Source: an uncultured virus (IMG/VR IMGVR_UViG_3300042549_007806)
Lineage: Duplodnaviria; Heunggongvirae; Uroviricota; Caudoviricetes
Reading direction: 5' to 3' (one strand)
IMG/VR virus record: IMGVR_UViG_3300042549_007806
DNA length: 63,005 nucleotides
Shown: in pieces, positions 39,213 to 49,392 of the stretch
Numbering within the stretch: position 1 is the stretch's first letter
Layout: each line of letters opens with the position of its first letter
Notes under the pieces: model-generated
Database searches by the model: none
Told to the model about the DNA's origin: nothing
Seen by the model: only the letters and a program-made list of their open reading frames with translations
Translations under genes and position numbers: made by a program

Positions 39213-41447
39213 CTACCTTATTATTGTTAAATTTCCGTGATATTCTTTAACCTCATCAGTGTTTGACACACCAAACTGTAAAATCCAAGTATAAGAACCG
39301 TCAGGACATATAACATTATTGTATGTACCATCCCAACCAACTTTAGAATCCATACTTTCCCATATCACTTCTCCCCAACGATTGTAGATAGTCATGCGAT
39401 ACTGATATAAATCAACACCTGAAGTTATTACCGGTAAAAAATACTGATTATGTTCATTACCATCAGGAGTAAATGTATTAGGTATATAAATCAATTCTTG
39501 CGGACATAGACTTAGAGCTACGGTAATCGTTTCAGGATTAGAAATACAACCATTACTCCATCTCACAACATCAAATTGAAATATACCTTCTTGATCCCAA
39601 GTTAAACTAATTGTGGGTCCTTGTAGTGTATCACCAAACACATACCATTCATTATAACCAACGAATGGTGATTGTGCTTCATATAAATCTTGTATTGTGT
39701 CCCCATCACATATTTCGTGATATTCATAATTAACACCAACCCTCCCATCGATTACAGGAATTACGGTCGGTCTTGGGAATACATTTACTGATATTGTGGT
39801 ATCAAACCAACAACCAGATTGTGTTACAAAATAACTTACACCATCAACCCCAATAAAACCATTGTTGGGACAATAATCATTCAACCATACATTATTACCA
39901 CTAAATGTTCCTCCAGCCGGGACAGCAGTAAGAGGTGTACACCCATCGTATTCACAAAAAGGTCCGATTTGTGCAACTTGGGGTAATAAATTGAAATTAA
40001 CTAACGAAAAGTTTACAGGGTTACTCATACACCCAAATTGGTTAATTCCATAAACAGATAACACATTATTATAGAATCCACTGTTTTCACCACTTACATC
40101 TAAATTAATTTGTTGTGTTCCTTGACCTGATGTTATATTACCTAAATTGGTTGACCAGTTATATGTCAAATTAGGAAACACACTACCAACATTAAAAATA
40201 TTGTTTGTCGAATTATAACATAGAGTGTCTGACCCAACTATCGGTGTTAAAGTTACTTGTGGTGGGTCAACTAAGTTTACGACACCCGTAACACTACAAC
40301 CAAGTGCGTCCGTAATAGTAAATGGATATGTGCCGGCACATAAACTTAAATTTATAAAATTATTTGGTAATTGACCGTTCCACGAAATTGTTTGAACTCC
40401 GTTACCACCTTGTGCAATAATATCAATAAAACCATCGCAACTTTGAAAACAAGTTGGGTTACCGAAATTAATTATTGGTTGAGGTAGGTTTGGTGGACCA
40501 GGTAAAACAAATACTGTGTCAGGTCCTAAATTACTGCCTTGACCCGCATTACAAGTGTTCCATCCTGCATTACAGGTTGGGTATACAAACTGACAGGTAT
40601 AATTCGCACCTGCAGCAGGTGGGGTAACGGTTATTGTTGGTCCTGTACCAATAGGATTTGGGTTACCGACTTGGTACCAAGTTAAAGTTGGCAAAACTAC
40701 CGGTCCTGTTGGTGTCCATCGGTAAGCATCATTAACTGCTGTCCATACAGATGAGTTTCTACCAGGAACGGCAATTCCAATAGTACCTAATTGATTATGA
40801 ATACCTTGTGTTGCTGTTCCATTCTGCCATTGTAGACAAGCAGGTTTGTTTTGAATGTAACTATCAATATAATTTGTTGATTCGTTTATCACAATATGGA
40901 ATGTTCCAAAGTTATTAGTGCAAGAGAACATAGGCATGTTAGTCCAAGACACAATTAACTTTCTACAAGGAGCAACTCCTGTTGTTTGGTATCTGATCTG
41001 ACCACCAATACCAGGATGCCAGTCTTGCCATGGTCCCATAATACAGTTTTTAGGGACATTTATATTACCTGTTGGTATAGTTTGTGTTGTGAAGGTTATT
41101 GGTTGTGCTGGTGAGAAGGAAATCCACCCATTTGACCCCACCCAAAACTGAGTATAAGTCTGACCAAAGAAACAAAAGGTAAACCCAATGTTAAAAGGAC
41201 CTTGTTGTGAGTCATCAGTCATGAATAACTGATTACCTGTGTTAGTTTGATTCACATAAGGGATTGGTGCAACACTATAGTTTGTTGTTTGATTAGGTGT
41301 AGGTCCACCAACACCACACTGACTAAGGTCTGCAGTTAAGGTTGTGGATCCAACTCCACACGGAAGAATTTGGTCAGGTCCTAATGCCGGACAGAATTGC
41401 GAATACGCAAAAAGGGGGAATAAGAATAAAAGTATTAGATGTTTCAT
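39213..41447 (-). CDS. Secreted protein with T9SS type-B (gliding-motility-associated, CHU_C) C-terminal domain
   Basis: Signal peptide; SprB-like repeat (LCAGTYPFTITDALGC); C-terminal IYIPNTFTPDGN...IYNRWGE..WDGTY...GNLTIIR. Confidence 0.85.
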   Translation of the reverse strand: MKHLILLFLFPLFAYSQFCPALGPDQILPCGVGSTTLTADLSQCGVGGPTPNQTTNYSVAPIPYVNQTNTGNQLFMTDDSQQGPFNIGFTFCFFGQTYTQFWVGSNGWISFSPAQPITFTTQTIPTGNINVPKNCIMGPWQDWHPGIGGQIRYQTTGVAPCRKLIVSWTNMPMFSCTNNFGTFHIVINESTNYIDSYIQNKPACLQWQNGTATQGIHNQLGTIGIAVPGRNSSVWTAVNDAYRWTPTGPVVLPTLTWYQVGNPNPIGTGPTITVTPPAAGANYTCQFVYPTCNAGWNTCNAGQGSNLGPDTVFVLPGPPNLPQPIINFGNPTCFQSCDGFIDIIAQGGNGVQTISWNGQLPNNFINLSLCAGTYPFTITDALGCSVTGVVNLVDPPQVTLTPIVGSDTLCYNSTNNIFNVGSVFPNLTYNWSTNLGNITSGQGTQQINLDVSGENSGFYNNVLSVYGINQFGCMSNPVNFSLVNFNLLPQVAQIGPFCEYDGCTPLTAVPAGGTFSGNNVWLNDYCPNNGFIGVDGVSYFVTQSGCWFDTTISVNVFPRPTVIPVIDGRVGVNYEYHEICDGDTIQDLYEAQSPFVGYNEWYVFGDTLQGPTISLTWDQEGIFQFDVVRWSNGCISNPETITVALSLCPQELIYIPNTFTPDGNEHNQYFLPVITSGVDLYQYRMTIYNRWGEVIWESMDSKVGWDGTYNNVICPDGSYTWILQFGVSNTDEVKEYHGNLTIIR

Positions 41448-41553
41448 ATAATTAATAAATATGAAATACTAAACCTAATACTTCATTTAGTCAAATTAGA
41501 TTATCAAATATGGGTATTTAGTTATTAAATGATATTTATTAAAATATATCTAA

Positions 41554-42135
41554 ATGAAATTATTAAAAATACTCAAAGAAAACATTTACGAACAAGGTGG
41601 TAAGTTCGGATCGATGATCGATCCTGAGAGCGGAATCTCTGTTGGTCAAACTATTGGGTCTTTGGATTTTTCAGACTCGTCAAGTGTTAAGACAAGAAAA
41701 CCAAAAGATGTATATACTTCAGAAGTAGGTTCAAAAATTATTGCATCGGCAGAATCTCAAATTGGTAAACCTTATGTGTGGGGATCTGAAAGTGAAAGTG
41801 ATGGGTTTGATTGTAGTGGATTAGTAACATGGGCATATAATGATGCTGGGGTTTCAATACCGAGAGGTACCGCACAATCATTTTTTAATAGTGCTGAGAA
41901 AATAGATAAAGAAAATGCACAAGTAGGTGATATGATATTTTTTGATGCAAATACAGAAAGTAGTGATATTGATCATATTGGTATTGTTCACGCAGTAAAT
42001 GAAGATGGAACTATAGATATGATACACTCTTCAACAGATAAGGGTGTAAATATTCAAAAAAATGTCTTAAGTGGTTATTATGGAAGGGTATTCAAAGGGT
42101 TTGGTAGGATGTCCCAAGTATCTCAAGAACCATAA
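41554..42135 (+). CDS. NlpC/P60 peptidoglycan peptidase
   Basis: IGKPYVWG, FDCSGLV, GDMIFF, HIGIV, MIHSS. Confidence 0.9.
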   Translation: MKLLKILKENIYEQGGKFGSMIDPESGISVGQTIGSLDFSDSSSVKTRKPKDVYTSEVGSKIIASAESQIGKPYVWGSESESDGFDCSGLVTWAYNDAGVSIPRGTAQSFFNSAEKIDKENAQVGDMIFFDANTESSDIDHIGIVHAVNEDGTIDMIHSSTDKGVNIQKNVLSGYYGRVFKGFGRMSQVSQEP

Positions 42136-42138
42136 ATA

Positions 42139-42167
42139 AAAAAACCGTAACTTTCGTCACGGTTTTC
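42139..42167. terminator. Intrinsic terminator between convergent genes
   Basis: AAAACCGT...ACGGTTTT. Confidence 0.6.
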
Positions 42168-42187
42168 CTGCTCAGATGATACGCCTT

Positions 42188-42649
42188 TTATTTTAAAAAT
42201 CTTAATTTATAAAGTGTAGAATTAATTAATTCACAAACAGTATCAATTTGATTTTGAATATAAGAATCTTCACAACAATCTCTTAATTCTATAACTTTTT
42301 CACATAAACCTTTCATGTATTTTACAGTGTCTTCAGTACTTTTCCATTCTTGTAGGTTCATACTTTTATATCCTTTAATAATACCGTATTTACCTTGAAA
42401 AGATTCAACTAAACCGTCAACTATCCCATCAATACCTTCATAATAATTTTGAAGTGCTTTATGTTCTGAATAGGATTCAGTTTGGAGATGTAATGTATGG
42501 GCTTGAGTTTGTGAGTGTAAAAGAATAGACATCATTTCTGCAAAGTCCCAATTGTTAGTTTCTTTTTCATCTTTTTTATCTTCCTCTTCTTCATTCAAAA
42601 AAGAAAATGATTTGTAATTTCTATTTAATAAATCTTTTTTAGTAATCAT
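42188..42649 (-). CDS. Ferritin/Dps-like four-helix protein (DUF5856-like)
   Basis: AHTLHLQTESYSEHKALQNYYE...DGLVESFQGKYG...TLYKLRFL. Confidence 0.65.
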   Translation of the reverse strand: MITKKDLLNRNYKSFSFLNEEEEDKKDEKETNNWDFAEMMSILLHSQTQAHTLHLQTESYSEHKALQNYYEGIDGIVDGLVESFQGKYGIIKGYKSMNLQEWKSTEDTVKYMKGLCEKVIELRDCCEDSYIQNQIDTVCELINSTLYKLRFLK

Positions 42650-42716
42650 ATCTAGTCTAGTGCTAGTTTATTTAAAGCTAGTAGCAAGCTTGCTGCCTAG
42701 TATTATATTTATAAAT

Positions 42717-43328
42717 ATGCTACTATATGAAGAAATTTTAAAAATTAAGAACTTAATGAACTTAAACGAAACCAAAATGGACAAAAACAATTTGTTTTAT
42801 AAGTTTGATTATTCATCATTTAAAGATGTTCCACCACCTTCAGATTCTAGTGATCAAACCAAAAAAGAAATAGAATATTTAAGATCTATCAACTTAGATA
42901 AATTATTTATTCAAGAAAAAGACGACATGTTAGGAAACTTTATGGAGTTTTTAGAAGAAAAAAAAATCAAATACAACAAAAAATACCTCAAAAAGGTATA
43001 TGATGATTTATATCATATTGTTTTAGATTTAAAATCACACTACAAAAGACCAAGACCGTTTAGATTAGACCCATCCTTAACAGACACAATGTTAGATTCG
43101 ATGGAAGGGTTTGCCTACCCATCAGGTCACTCCACCACCTCTAATCTTTTATGTATGGTTTTATGTGAATTGTATCCTGACTATAAAAAGGATTTTAATA
43201 AGATATGTAAAGATATAACAAATTCACGACAAATGGCAAAGGCACATTATCCTTCTGATATTAGATTTGGTGAAAAGTTAGCAAAATCTATGTTTGATTA
43301 TTTGAAAAGCAACGATTTAATCCATTAA
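42717..43328 (+). CDS. PAP2-superfamily acid phosphatase
   Basis: K-x6-RP (KSHYKRPRP), YPSGH, SR-x5-H-x3-D; start reassigned to ATG 42717. Confidence 0.85.
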   Translation: MLLYEEILKIKNLMNLNETKMDKNNLFYKFDYSSFKDVPPPSDSSDQTKKEIEYLRSINLDKLFIQEKDDMLGNFMEFLEEKKIKYNKKYLKKVYDDLYHIVLDLKSHYKRPRPFRLDPSLTDTMLDSMEGFAYPSGHSTTSNLLCMVLCELYPDYKKDFNKICKDITNSRQMAKAHYPSDIRFGEKLAKSMFDYLKSNDLIH

Positions 43329-43868
43329 CTCAGGAATAATCACTTCCTCAACATAATAATCAACCTCATTTTGTAATTTACCAAGTTCGTTCTGTAAATA
43401 TCTATGTTGTTTTTGTTCAAATTTAGACGATATTTGTACATTATCGTATGTTTCAAATTCACCGTCATCCTCTACGAAGTCTAACATAGCTAAAGATCCG
43501 TCTTTTTCTGCAACAATACACCCAACCCACTGAGTGTTATTCCAAGTCACTACTCCAAAATACAATTCTACATCATTTTCTATTTCTTCATAGTCAAATT
43601 GGAAGGTAAATTCACTACCATCTTGTAGCGTTCTGGTCCATTTTTCACCCATTTTACCCTCAAAATCAGTCTGTTTTTGGTCATTTTGGGGGGTAAATTC
43701 ACCCTTTTTTCCACTATTTAACCACTCAGAATAGGCATTTAGGGTCATTTTTTCCTCATTTTCAAGGTTTTCATACCCAATTTTACCCATTTTATCTAGA
43801 ATTTTGTCTATTTCTTGGGTATTTTCGACCAAAAAACGGTATTGTGACTCTGTAATTACGATTTTCAT
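43317..43868 (-). CDS. Leader-bearing hypothetical protein
   Basis: MKIVITESQYRFLVEN; IDKILDKM...L..EEK..L motif. Confidence 0.7.
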   Translation of the reverse strand: MKIVITESQYRFLVENTQEIDKILDKMGKIGYENLENEEKMTLNAYSEWLNSGKKGEFTPQNDQKQTDFEGKMGEKWTRTLQDGSEFTFQFDYEEIENDVELYFGVVTWNNTQWVGCIVAEKDGSLAMLDFVEDDGEFETYDNVQISSKFEQKQHRYLQNELGKLQNEVDYYVEEVIIPELMD

Positions 43869-43923
43869 ACTAATAAATACCTATTTTGACCGTTATTTTG
43901 TTGTATTTTGACCGAAAAAACCT

Positions 43924-43931
43924 TATTTTTG
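43924..43931 (+). promoter_or_regulatory. Bacteroidota -7 element TATTTTTG
   Basis: TAnnTTTG 5 nt upstream of the uvrC ATG. Confidence 0.55.
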
Positions 43932-43936
43932 TGTAA

Positions 43937-45211
43937 ATGTTAGTAGAAAAGCTCCAAAATATCCCAAAAAGTAGTGGTTGTTACCTTTTTAAAGATAAAA
44001 AAGGTCAAATTATCTATGTAGGTAAGGCAAAATACCTCCCAAATAGGGTAAAATCGTACTTTTCTAACAAAAATCACCCAAGTAAGACCCAATTATTGGT
44101 AGAAAACATTGTAGATGTGGATTTTTTGACAACTTTAGACGAAAATTCCGCATTTATTTTAGAAAATGATCTAATTAAGACCCATAATCCTAAATTTAAC
44201 ATCAAATTGAAGGATGATAGGTCAAAAAAATGGTATTTAACCCTTACAAATGACGATTTTCCTCGTTTAGAGGTTAAAAATGATACTAATTTGGACTCAG
44301 ACCCTTTAATTGAGGTTCCAAGTAGTAGTATGTGTCATGAAATGTATGATTTATTACACGATATCTTTAATTTACGCTCATGTTCTTATGAATTAACACC
44401 TGAAAACATTGAAAATAACAAGTTTAAGGTGTGTTTAGAGTCCCATATGGGTAGATGTGACGCACCATGTGTATCAAATATTAATAAATTTATCTATCGT
44501 GAGGTAATATCTGAACTAAAACAGGTGGTTTTATACAATTTTGACCAATTGCGAGGTAAATTAATTCGTAAAATGAACGCATTTAGTAAAATTATGGAGT
44601 TTGAGAAGGCAAATACTATTAAATTTAGACTAAATGCCCTTGATAAGTACGAAAAATGTGTAGAATCTGCAAGAATTGGTGGTTATTTGGTGATTGCTGA
44701 TGAGTTTAAGACTACTTTTGGTCTACAAAACACCCCAATTGACATAGAAATGTACGATAACTCCCACACTAATGGGGATTGTCAGGTGTCTGCCCTTGTT
44801 AGATACACAAATGGTAAGAAAAACACATCAGAATACCGTAAATTCAACATTAAAACCGTTGTTGGTCCTGATGATTATGCTTCATTTGATGAGGTTTTAC
44901 GAAGAAGGTTTACAAGATTACTTAAAGAACGGTCAAAATTACCAGATTTAGTGATCATCGACGGTGGTAAAGGTCAATTAGGTATAGCAAAGAGAGTATT
45001 TGACGAACTTTCACTATCTAATCGTATAGATTTACTATCTATATCTAAAAACTCACAGCACAGGTCAGATATTATACATTTTACTGATGGAAATAGTGTA
45101 AAATTTGAAAATAAAAAGTTTTTTAACTTACTTGCAACAATTCAGAATGAGGTTCACCGATTTGTTATTACATTTCACAGAAAAAAAAGGAGTAAATCAG
45201 TTATTGGATAA
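43937..45211 (+). CDS. uvrC: UvrC-like excinuclease (GIY-YIG + UVR + RNaseH-like; no HhH tail)
   Basis: GCYLF..IIYVGKAK..RVKSYF, MEFEKA, YDNSH, YRKFNIK, DDYASF, PDLVIIDGGKGQL, NEVHRF. Confidence 0.88.
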   Translation: MLVEKLQNIPKSSGCYLFKDKKGQIIYVGKAKYLPNRVKSYFSNKNHPSKTQLLVENIVDVDFLTTLDENSAFILENDLIKTHNPKFNIKLKDDRSKKWYLTLTNDDFPRLEVKNDTNLDSDPLIEVPSSSMCHEMYDLLHDIFNLRSCSYELTPENIENNKFKVCLESHMGRCDAPCVSNINKFIYREVISELKQVVLYNFDQLRGKLIRKMNAFSKIMEFEKANTIKFRLNALDKYEKCVESARIGGYLVIADEFKTTFGLQNTPIDIEMYDNSHTNGDCQVSALVRYTNGKKNTSEYRKFNIKTVVGPDDYASFDEVLRRRFTRLLKERSKLPDLVIIDGGKGQLGIAKRVFDELSLSNRIDLLSISKNSQHRSDIIHFTDGNSVKFENKKFFNLLATIQNEVHRFVITFHRKKRSKSVIG

Positions 45212-45857
45212 ATTTTGTGTCGTAGTAACCAGCGATGTGACCCCATCTGTCAGTTAATAAGGGATAATCGTTTAAAATATAGTCAATTGGGTTATATAAA
45301 TTTTCTGTTTCCCAATAAGTCTCAACATTTGGTAAAAATTCGTCGACATATTCAAAAATCGCTTCTTGTATATTGATTTCTTCACCATTTTTTGTCGCTT
45401 TAAGTGCTTTTACATTATTTTCTATATAGAGACTTTCATCATCATACGCATATGTTTTGAAACCAACCGATTCTACATGTATTTCGTATCTTTCGTAACC
45501 AATAAACGGTGTTCCTGTAACAAATTTTATAATTTTAACAGAATCAAATACATTTTGAATTTTTTCTTTGAGTTCATTATTAAAATAAAGACCTCTTTTA
45601 ATGCTTGGCAATAAATATGTATTTATTTTTTCATTGATTATTGATTCGAATGACTCAACATCTTCAGATAATTCATTCTCCACTATTATTGTATAATAAG
45701 ATACATTATTTGGATTTTCAAAATTAAAAAATATGTTATACTGACCTTTAGTTTTGAAACTAGTCTCAACTAAAACGGGAGTCACGATTAATCCATACAA
45801 ATTAATCTTGTCTCCCGCATATTTTTTAAATAATTCTAATATTTTTTCAGTGTCCAT
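45201..45857 (-). CDS. Hypothetical protein
   Basis: 218-aa ORF. Confidence 0.65.
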   Translation of the reverse strand: MDTEKILELFKKYAGDKINLYGLIVTPVLVETSFKTKGQYNIFFNFENPNNVSYYTIIVENELSEDVESFESIINEKINTYLLPSIKRGLYFNNELKEKIQNVFDSVKIIKFVTGTPFIGYERYEIHVESVGFKTYAYDDESLYIENNVKALKATKNGEEINIQEAIFEYVDEFLPNVETYWETENLYNPIDYILNDYPLLTDRWGHIAGYYDTKFIQ

Positions 45858-45862
45858 AAGTA

Positions 45863-46156
45863 TTACTCATCACCAAATACACTACTTTGTACTCTAACAC
45901 CCTTTGGTAATTCAAAATTATCTCTTCTTGGTCTTTCAACTCTTTTATATTTCTCGGTTGGGAAATCAAAGTTCAATTTATTAAGGGCTCTTGTATATTC
46001 TTCACCATATTCTTTAATCCTGTTGATGACATCATCAACCAACTCAGTTTGTTTGTTATATGCGACCCCAAATCTTAATTCTTTGTCTTCCATTTCTTCG
46101 TTAATAACTCTATTAACGATTCTATTGATTTCTGATTCTGTTATTCTTCTTTCCAT
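45863..46156 (-). CDS. Leader-bearing hypothetical protein
   Basis: Start reassigned to ATG 46156 (MERRITESEINRIVNRVINEE), which avoids overlap with the upstream gene. Confidence 0.7.
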   Translation of the reverse strand: MERRITESEINRIVNRVINEEMEDKELRFGVAYNKQTELVDDVINRIKEYGEEYTRALNKLNFDFPTEKYKRVERPRRDNFELPKGVRVQSSVFGDE

Positions 46157-46166
46157 TTTTTTATTT

Positions 46167-47444
46167 TTAAAATAATCCTGAAATATCGATGTTATCCAAG
46201 TTGTCATCGTCATCTTCGTTAGGTAATGCTTGTCTATATTCCTCTTTTTTAAGTTCACGAACAATATCGTCAACCATGTCTTGAATAAATTTGTTTCCTT
46301 TAGGATCACCGGCTAAAATAAGGTTTGCTACCCTGAAAAATTCTTTAGCGTCAAGTGCTGAGAAACGCATAAATAAGTAATGTTGTATATGTTTTTTATC
46401 CTCATCAAATAATTCCATAGGATATGTTGCCATAAACTTTTCCCAAAAGATTGGACCCAAACGAGAGTCCCAAATTTCCGCAGGTAAAGTGTCTTCAGCA
46501 TTTAAAATCATTTCTTGTTGTCTTGGGTCATCAGGTAAACCATGTGTTCCAAAGATTTCATAAACACCTTTAACTAACTCGTGAACTAATAATGGGAATG
46601 TTACTGCTTTAGCCTTTACTGTGGGTGGATCAGTTTCTTCATCAACTTCTGATTGTCCCATTTGACCACCACCACCGCCAGCCATTTGTTCCATATCAGG
46701 GAAAATCCAATAAGCATGTTCCATCAAAGATTGTGAAACGCCATATAGGTTCAATAATCTTGGGTCCATGTCGTTTAGTTCATTTGAAACTAATACATAC
46801 ATATGTCCACCTTTAAATGCTGCCCCTTGAATAAGTGAATTAATGAATCTTCTTTTAGACCTTTCTAAATTAAATGACTCCATATCGCCCATAAACTCTT
46901 CAACTTCTTCTTCACTTGGTAGTTCAGGTTCTTGTTGCATCCCTTCAGCAGCACCCATTGGTTGCATAACAAGTTCAGCCTTGAACTGCATTGCATCTTC
47001 AGGAATTCCCATCTCATCTTTGACAAGTTTGATAGCGAGTTGTTCCAATTCTTCCTTATGTCTCATTTGGATACCAATGATTTGTTGCATCGCCTGACCA
47101 ACTGTCATCATCAACTGCATGAGTGGATTACCTCCTTGAATGATTTGGGTATTACCCATGTATCTTCTAACTTTATCAACAGAGTCTTTGAATCTTTTTG
47201 AAGAAATAAGTTCTATAAAGTCTCTATCCATTTCGGGTATCGCTGGGAAGTTGTGGTAAGGTGTTTCTTTACCTGTAATCTTTCTTTCGATTCCTGGTTC
47301 CATTCTTTCAGGTCCCTCATAATCGATTGGAGCCTCATTTATTTTAGATGAAAGTTTTGCTAAACGATTCATTTCAGCATTACTTAATCCTTCTAAAACT
47401 AATTTAACTCTAAGTTCGTCTCTTTGTTCGATTAATTTTTTCAT
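46167..47444 (-). CDS. Hypothetical phage protein
   Basis: 425 aa; KRRFINSLIQGA and FPLLVHELVKG. Confidence 0.75.
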   Translation of the reverse strand: MKKLIEQRDELRVKLVLEGLSNAEMNRLAKLSSKINEAPIDYEGPERMEPGIERKITGKETPYHNFPAIPEMDRDFIELISSKRFKDSVDKVRRYMGNTQIIQGGNPLMQLMMTVGQAMQQIIGIQMRHKEELEQLAIKLVKDEMGIPEDAMQFKAELVMQPMGAAEGMQQEPELPSEEEVEEFMGDMESFNLERSKRRFINSLIQGAAFKGGHMYVLVSNELNDMDPRLLNLYGVSQSLMEHAYWIFPDMEQMAGGGGGQMGQSEVDEETDPPTVKAKAVTFPLLVHELVKGVYEIFGTHGLPDDPRQQEMILNAEDTLPAEIWDSRLGPIFWEKFMATYPMELFDEDKKHIQHYLFMRFSALDAKEFFRVANLILAGDPKGNKFIQDMVDDIVRELKKEEYRQALPNEDDDDNLDNIDISGLF

Positions 47445-47446
47445 AG

Positions 47447-47776
47447 TTAGTCTTCAAAATTTAAACCTAATTCATCAAATGATAACCAATTTGGCATATC
47501 AACATCATCCATGTCTGCCTTAGGATTTTTCTTTGGTCCTGGTTTTGGTCTATACGGTGTTCCGGGTTTCGATGGTTTTGTTGGTGTGTCAACATCGGGT
47601 CTTACCGGTGTTTCTACTTCTCTACCTGCAAATTCAGGATCAAAATCTAAAACTTCGATATCATCTTCCACTTCGTATTCATCGATTGGCATATTTTGTT
47701 CTGAAATAACTCTACCTCTTTCATAACCAAAAAGGTACTTCATTTCTTTTAATTCTTTATTTATCTTATTATTCAT
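47447..47776 (-). CDS. Leader-bearing Pro-rich protein
   Basis: KELKEMKYLFGYERGRVISEQ. Confidence 0.7.
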   Translation of the reverse strand: MNNKINKELKEMKYLFGYERGRVISEQNMPIDEYEVEDDIEVLDFDPEFAGREVETPVRPDVDTPTKPSKPGTPYRPKPGPKKNPKADMDDVDMPNWLSFDELGLNFED

Positions 47777-47800
47777 AACATGTTTTTTTTATAAATATTA

Positions 47801-48988
47801 TTAAATACCCAAAGTGTCAAGTGATTCCAAGTTATTACTTACACCATCCAACCTTTTGATTATTTTTATACTGTCCCTTAATTCAGTGTTATTAGGATCA
47901 TTTACAACTTCAATAATGTAGATTGATGGGTAGGACTCCATGTCTAAAAATTCAGACGCAATATAATATTTATCCTTATCACCTCTATCAACCTGATAGT
48001 AAAGGTTTATATAATTTTTATTTATCGAGTCAACCCTTTCAGGACTTTTATTCAATCTTTCCAAAACTTCATTAGTGTTTTGATCGGACGATAATCCAAC
48101 TAACATAAATATTTTTCGTTTTGTATCATAAGACAAATTCAAAGCATCTATAAATTTGTAATCTTCAAACTCAATCTTTTTTTCAGGTTCAATAATTTCT
48201 TTATTAGAATACTTTGAACATTCCTGAAGAAATTTAGTAATGTCTTTTATATCCGCTTTTACTACAACATACTTGAATGATGTTGTCGCTAAAGATATAA
48301 TCTGATTACAAACTATCTCATAATTAAATGGGACTTCTTTCACTTCTAAACATTCTAATGCGGAATCTAATAGTGATTCATCTATTTGAAACTTTTCAAA
48401 ATACTGCTCAACTATACTTGTAAGAGCATCTAATATTGACTGAGACACTGAAAGTTCACCTTCAAACTTAGATGAGGTTTTAACTTCCTCATTACCTCGA
48501 CCATAGAAAATAGTAGATGAAGATTCAAATTCACCACAAGGATCTTTTAAATCTGTATCAGTAGAGATCATATTATTTGGAACTTCGGTTTTTGATGTGA
48601 CCACAATGTCTCCAACATTAAGATCCTTCCCCTTGGTTATATTAATTTTTTTAATTACTTGCTTAAAGGTATTAGTCTCGGGAACTATAATTGTGTAATC
48701 CGATCTTAGTGGTGTATTTTCAAATTTAAAATTTCCTTCTTCGTCTGTTGTTGTATCTAAAACTTTTGTAAATGTTCCTGAGCCGTTTGACCCAAAGTAA
48801 CCGAGAGTTATTTTCAGATTTTTTATACCTACCGTATATTTTTCATACATAGACAATAAATAATCATCAAGAAAAACCTCACTGACAACTTTACCGAAAA
48901 TTAAATTTGCAGTTTCTTCGGATAATATTCCATACAAAGACATGATATGTCTTTTATCATTTTCAGATATAACAAACTTTTTACCCAT
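47801..48988 (-). CDS. Leader-bearing protein with carboxypeptidase-regulatory-like and possible thioredoxin-like domains
   Basis: MGKKFVISENDKRHIMSLYGILSEE; TTTDEEGNFKFEN; ESYPSIYII. Confidence 0.65.
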   Translation of the reverse strand: MGKKFVISENDKRHIMSLYGILSEETANLIFGKVVSEVFLDDYLLSMYEKYTVGIKNLKITLGYFGSNGSGTFTKVLDTTTDEEGNFKFENTPLRSDYTIIVPETNTFKQVIKKINITKGKDLNVGDIVVTSKTEVPNNMISTDTDLKDPCGEFESSSTIFYGRGNEEVKTSSKFEGELSVSQSILDALTSIVEQYFEKFQIDESLLDSALECLEVKEVPFNYEIVCNQIISLATTSFKYVVVKADIKDITKFLQECSKYSNKEIIEPEKKIEFEDYKFIDALNLSYDTKRKIFMLVGLSSDQNTNEVLERLNKSPERVDSINKNYINLYYQVDRGDKDKYYIASEFLDMESYPSIYIIEVVNDPNNTELRDSIKIIKRLDGVSNNLESLDTLGI

Positions 48989-49003
48989 ATTAAAATAAAT
49001 ACT

Positions 49004-49297
49004 TTATTTATCCGATTTATCTACCATGTAGTAGTTATACCCCAAAGAATAATAAAGAAATTGACCTTTTTTTTTCAAAACAGAATTAATCTTATCGGTT
49101 GAGTCGGCAGGAACCCCTACAATTTCTTTTTCCTTAGGTATTTTTCTTCCAACATGAGTGTTCAAAACATTTTGTATTGGGTCCAAATAATATTTTAGTT
49201 TTTTTACCAAAGTTTTTTTATCACCGACGGTTCCGATTTCATACTTCTTACATAAAGATTTTATTTCTTGTAGTTCTAACTTATCTAAATTTTCCAT
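49004..49297 (-). CDS. SAP-domain-like DNA-binding protein
   Basis: LDKLELQEIKSLCKKYEIGTVGDKKTLVKKL; start reassigned to ATG 49297, directly after TATATTTG (49302-49309). Confidence 0.6.
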   Translation of the reverse strand: MENLDKLELQEIKSLCKKYEIGTVGDKKTLVKKLKYYLDPIQNVLNTHVGRKIPKEKEIVGVPADSTDKINSVLKKKGQFLYYSLGYNYYMVDKSDK

Positions 49298-49392
49298 ACC
49301 ACAAATATAGTAAAAATAATTTATTTTCAATATATAGATCGTTTTGTTTTACTTAACAAAATTTTTTAATTAAGTTTTCTAAAAATATTATT

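Noticed and set aside
32667..49330. Extended N-termini in the ORF track (32711, 42660, 46309, 49330)
   Set aside because: They overlap upstream genes or promoter motifs; downstream ATGs match the leader or promoter pattern
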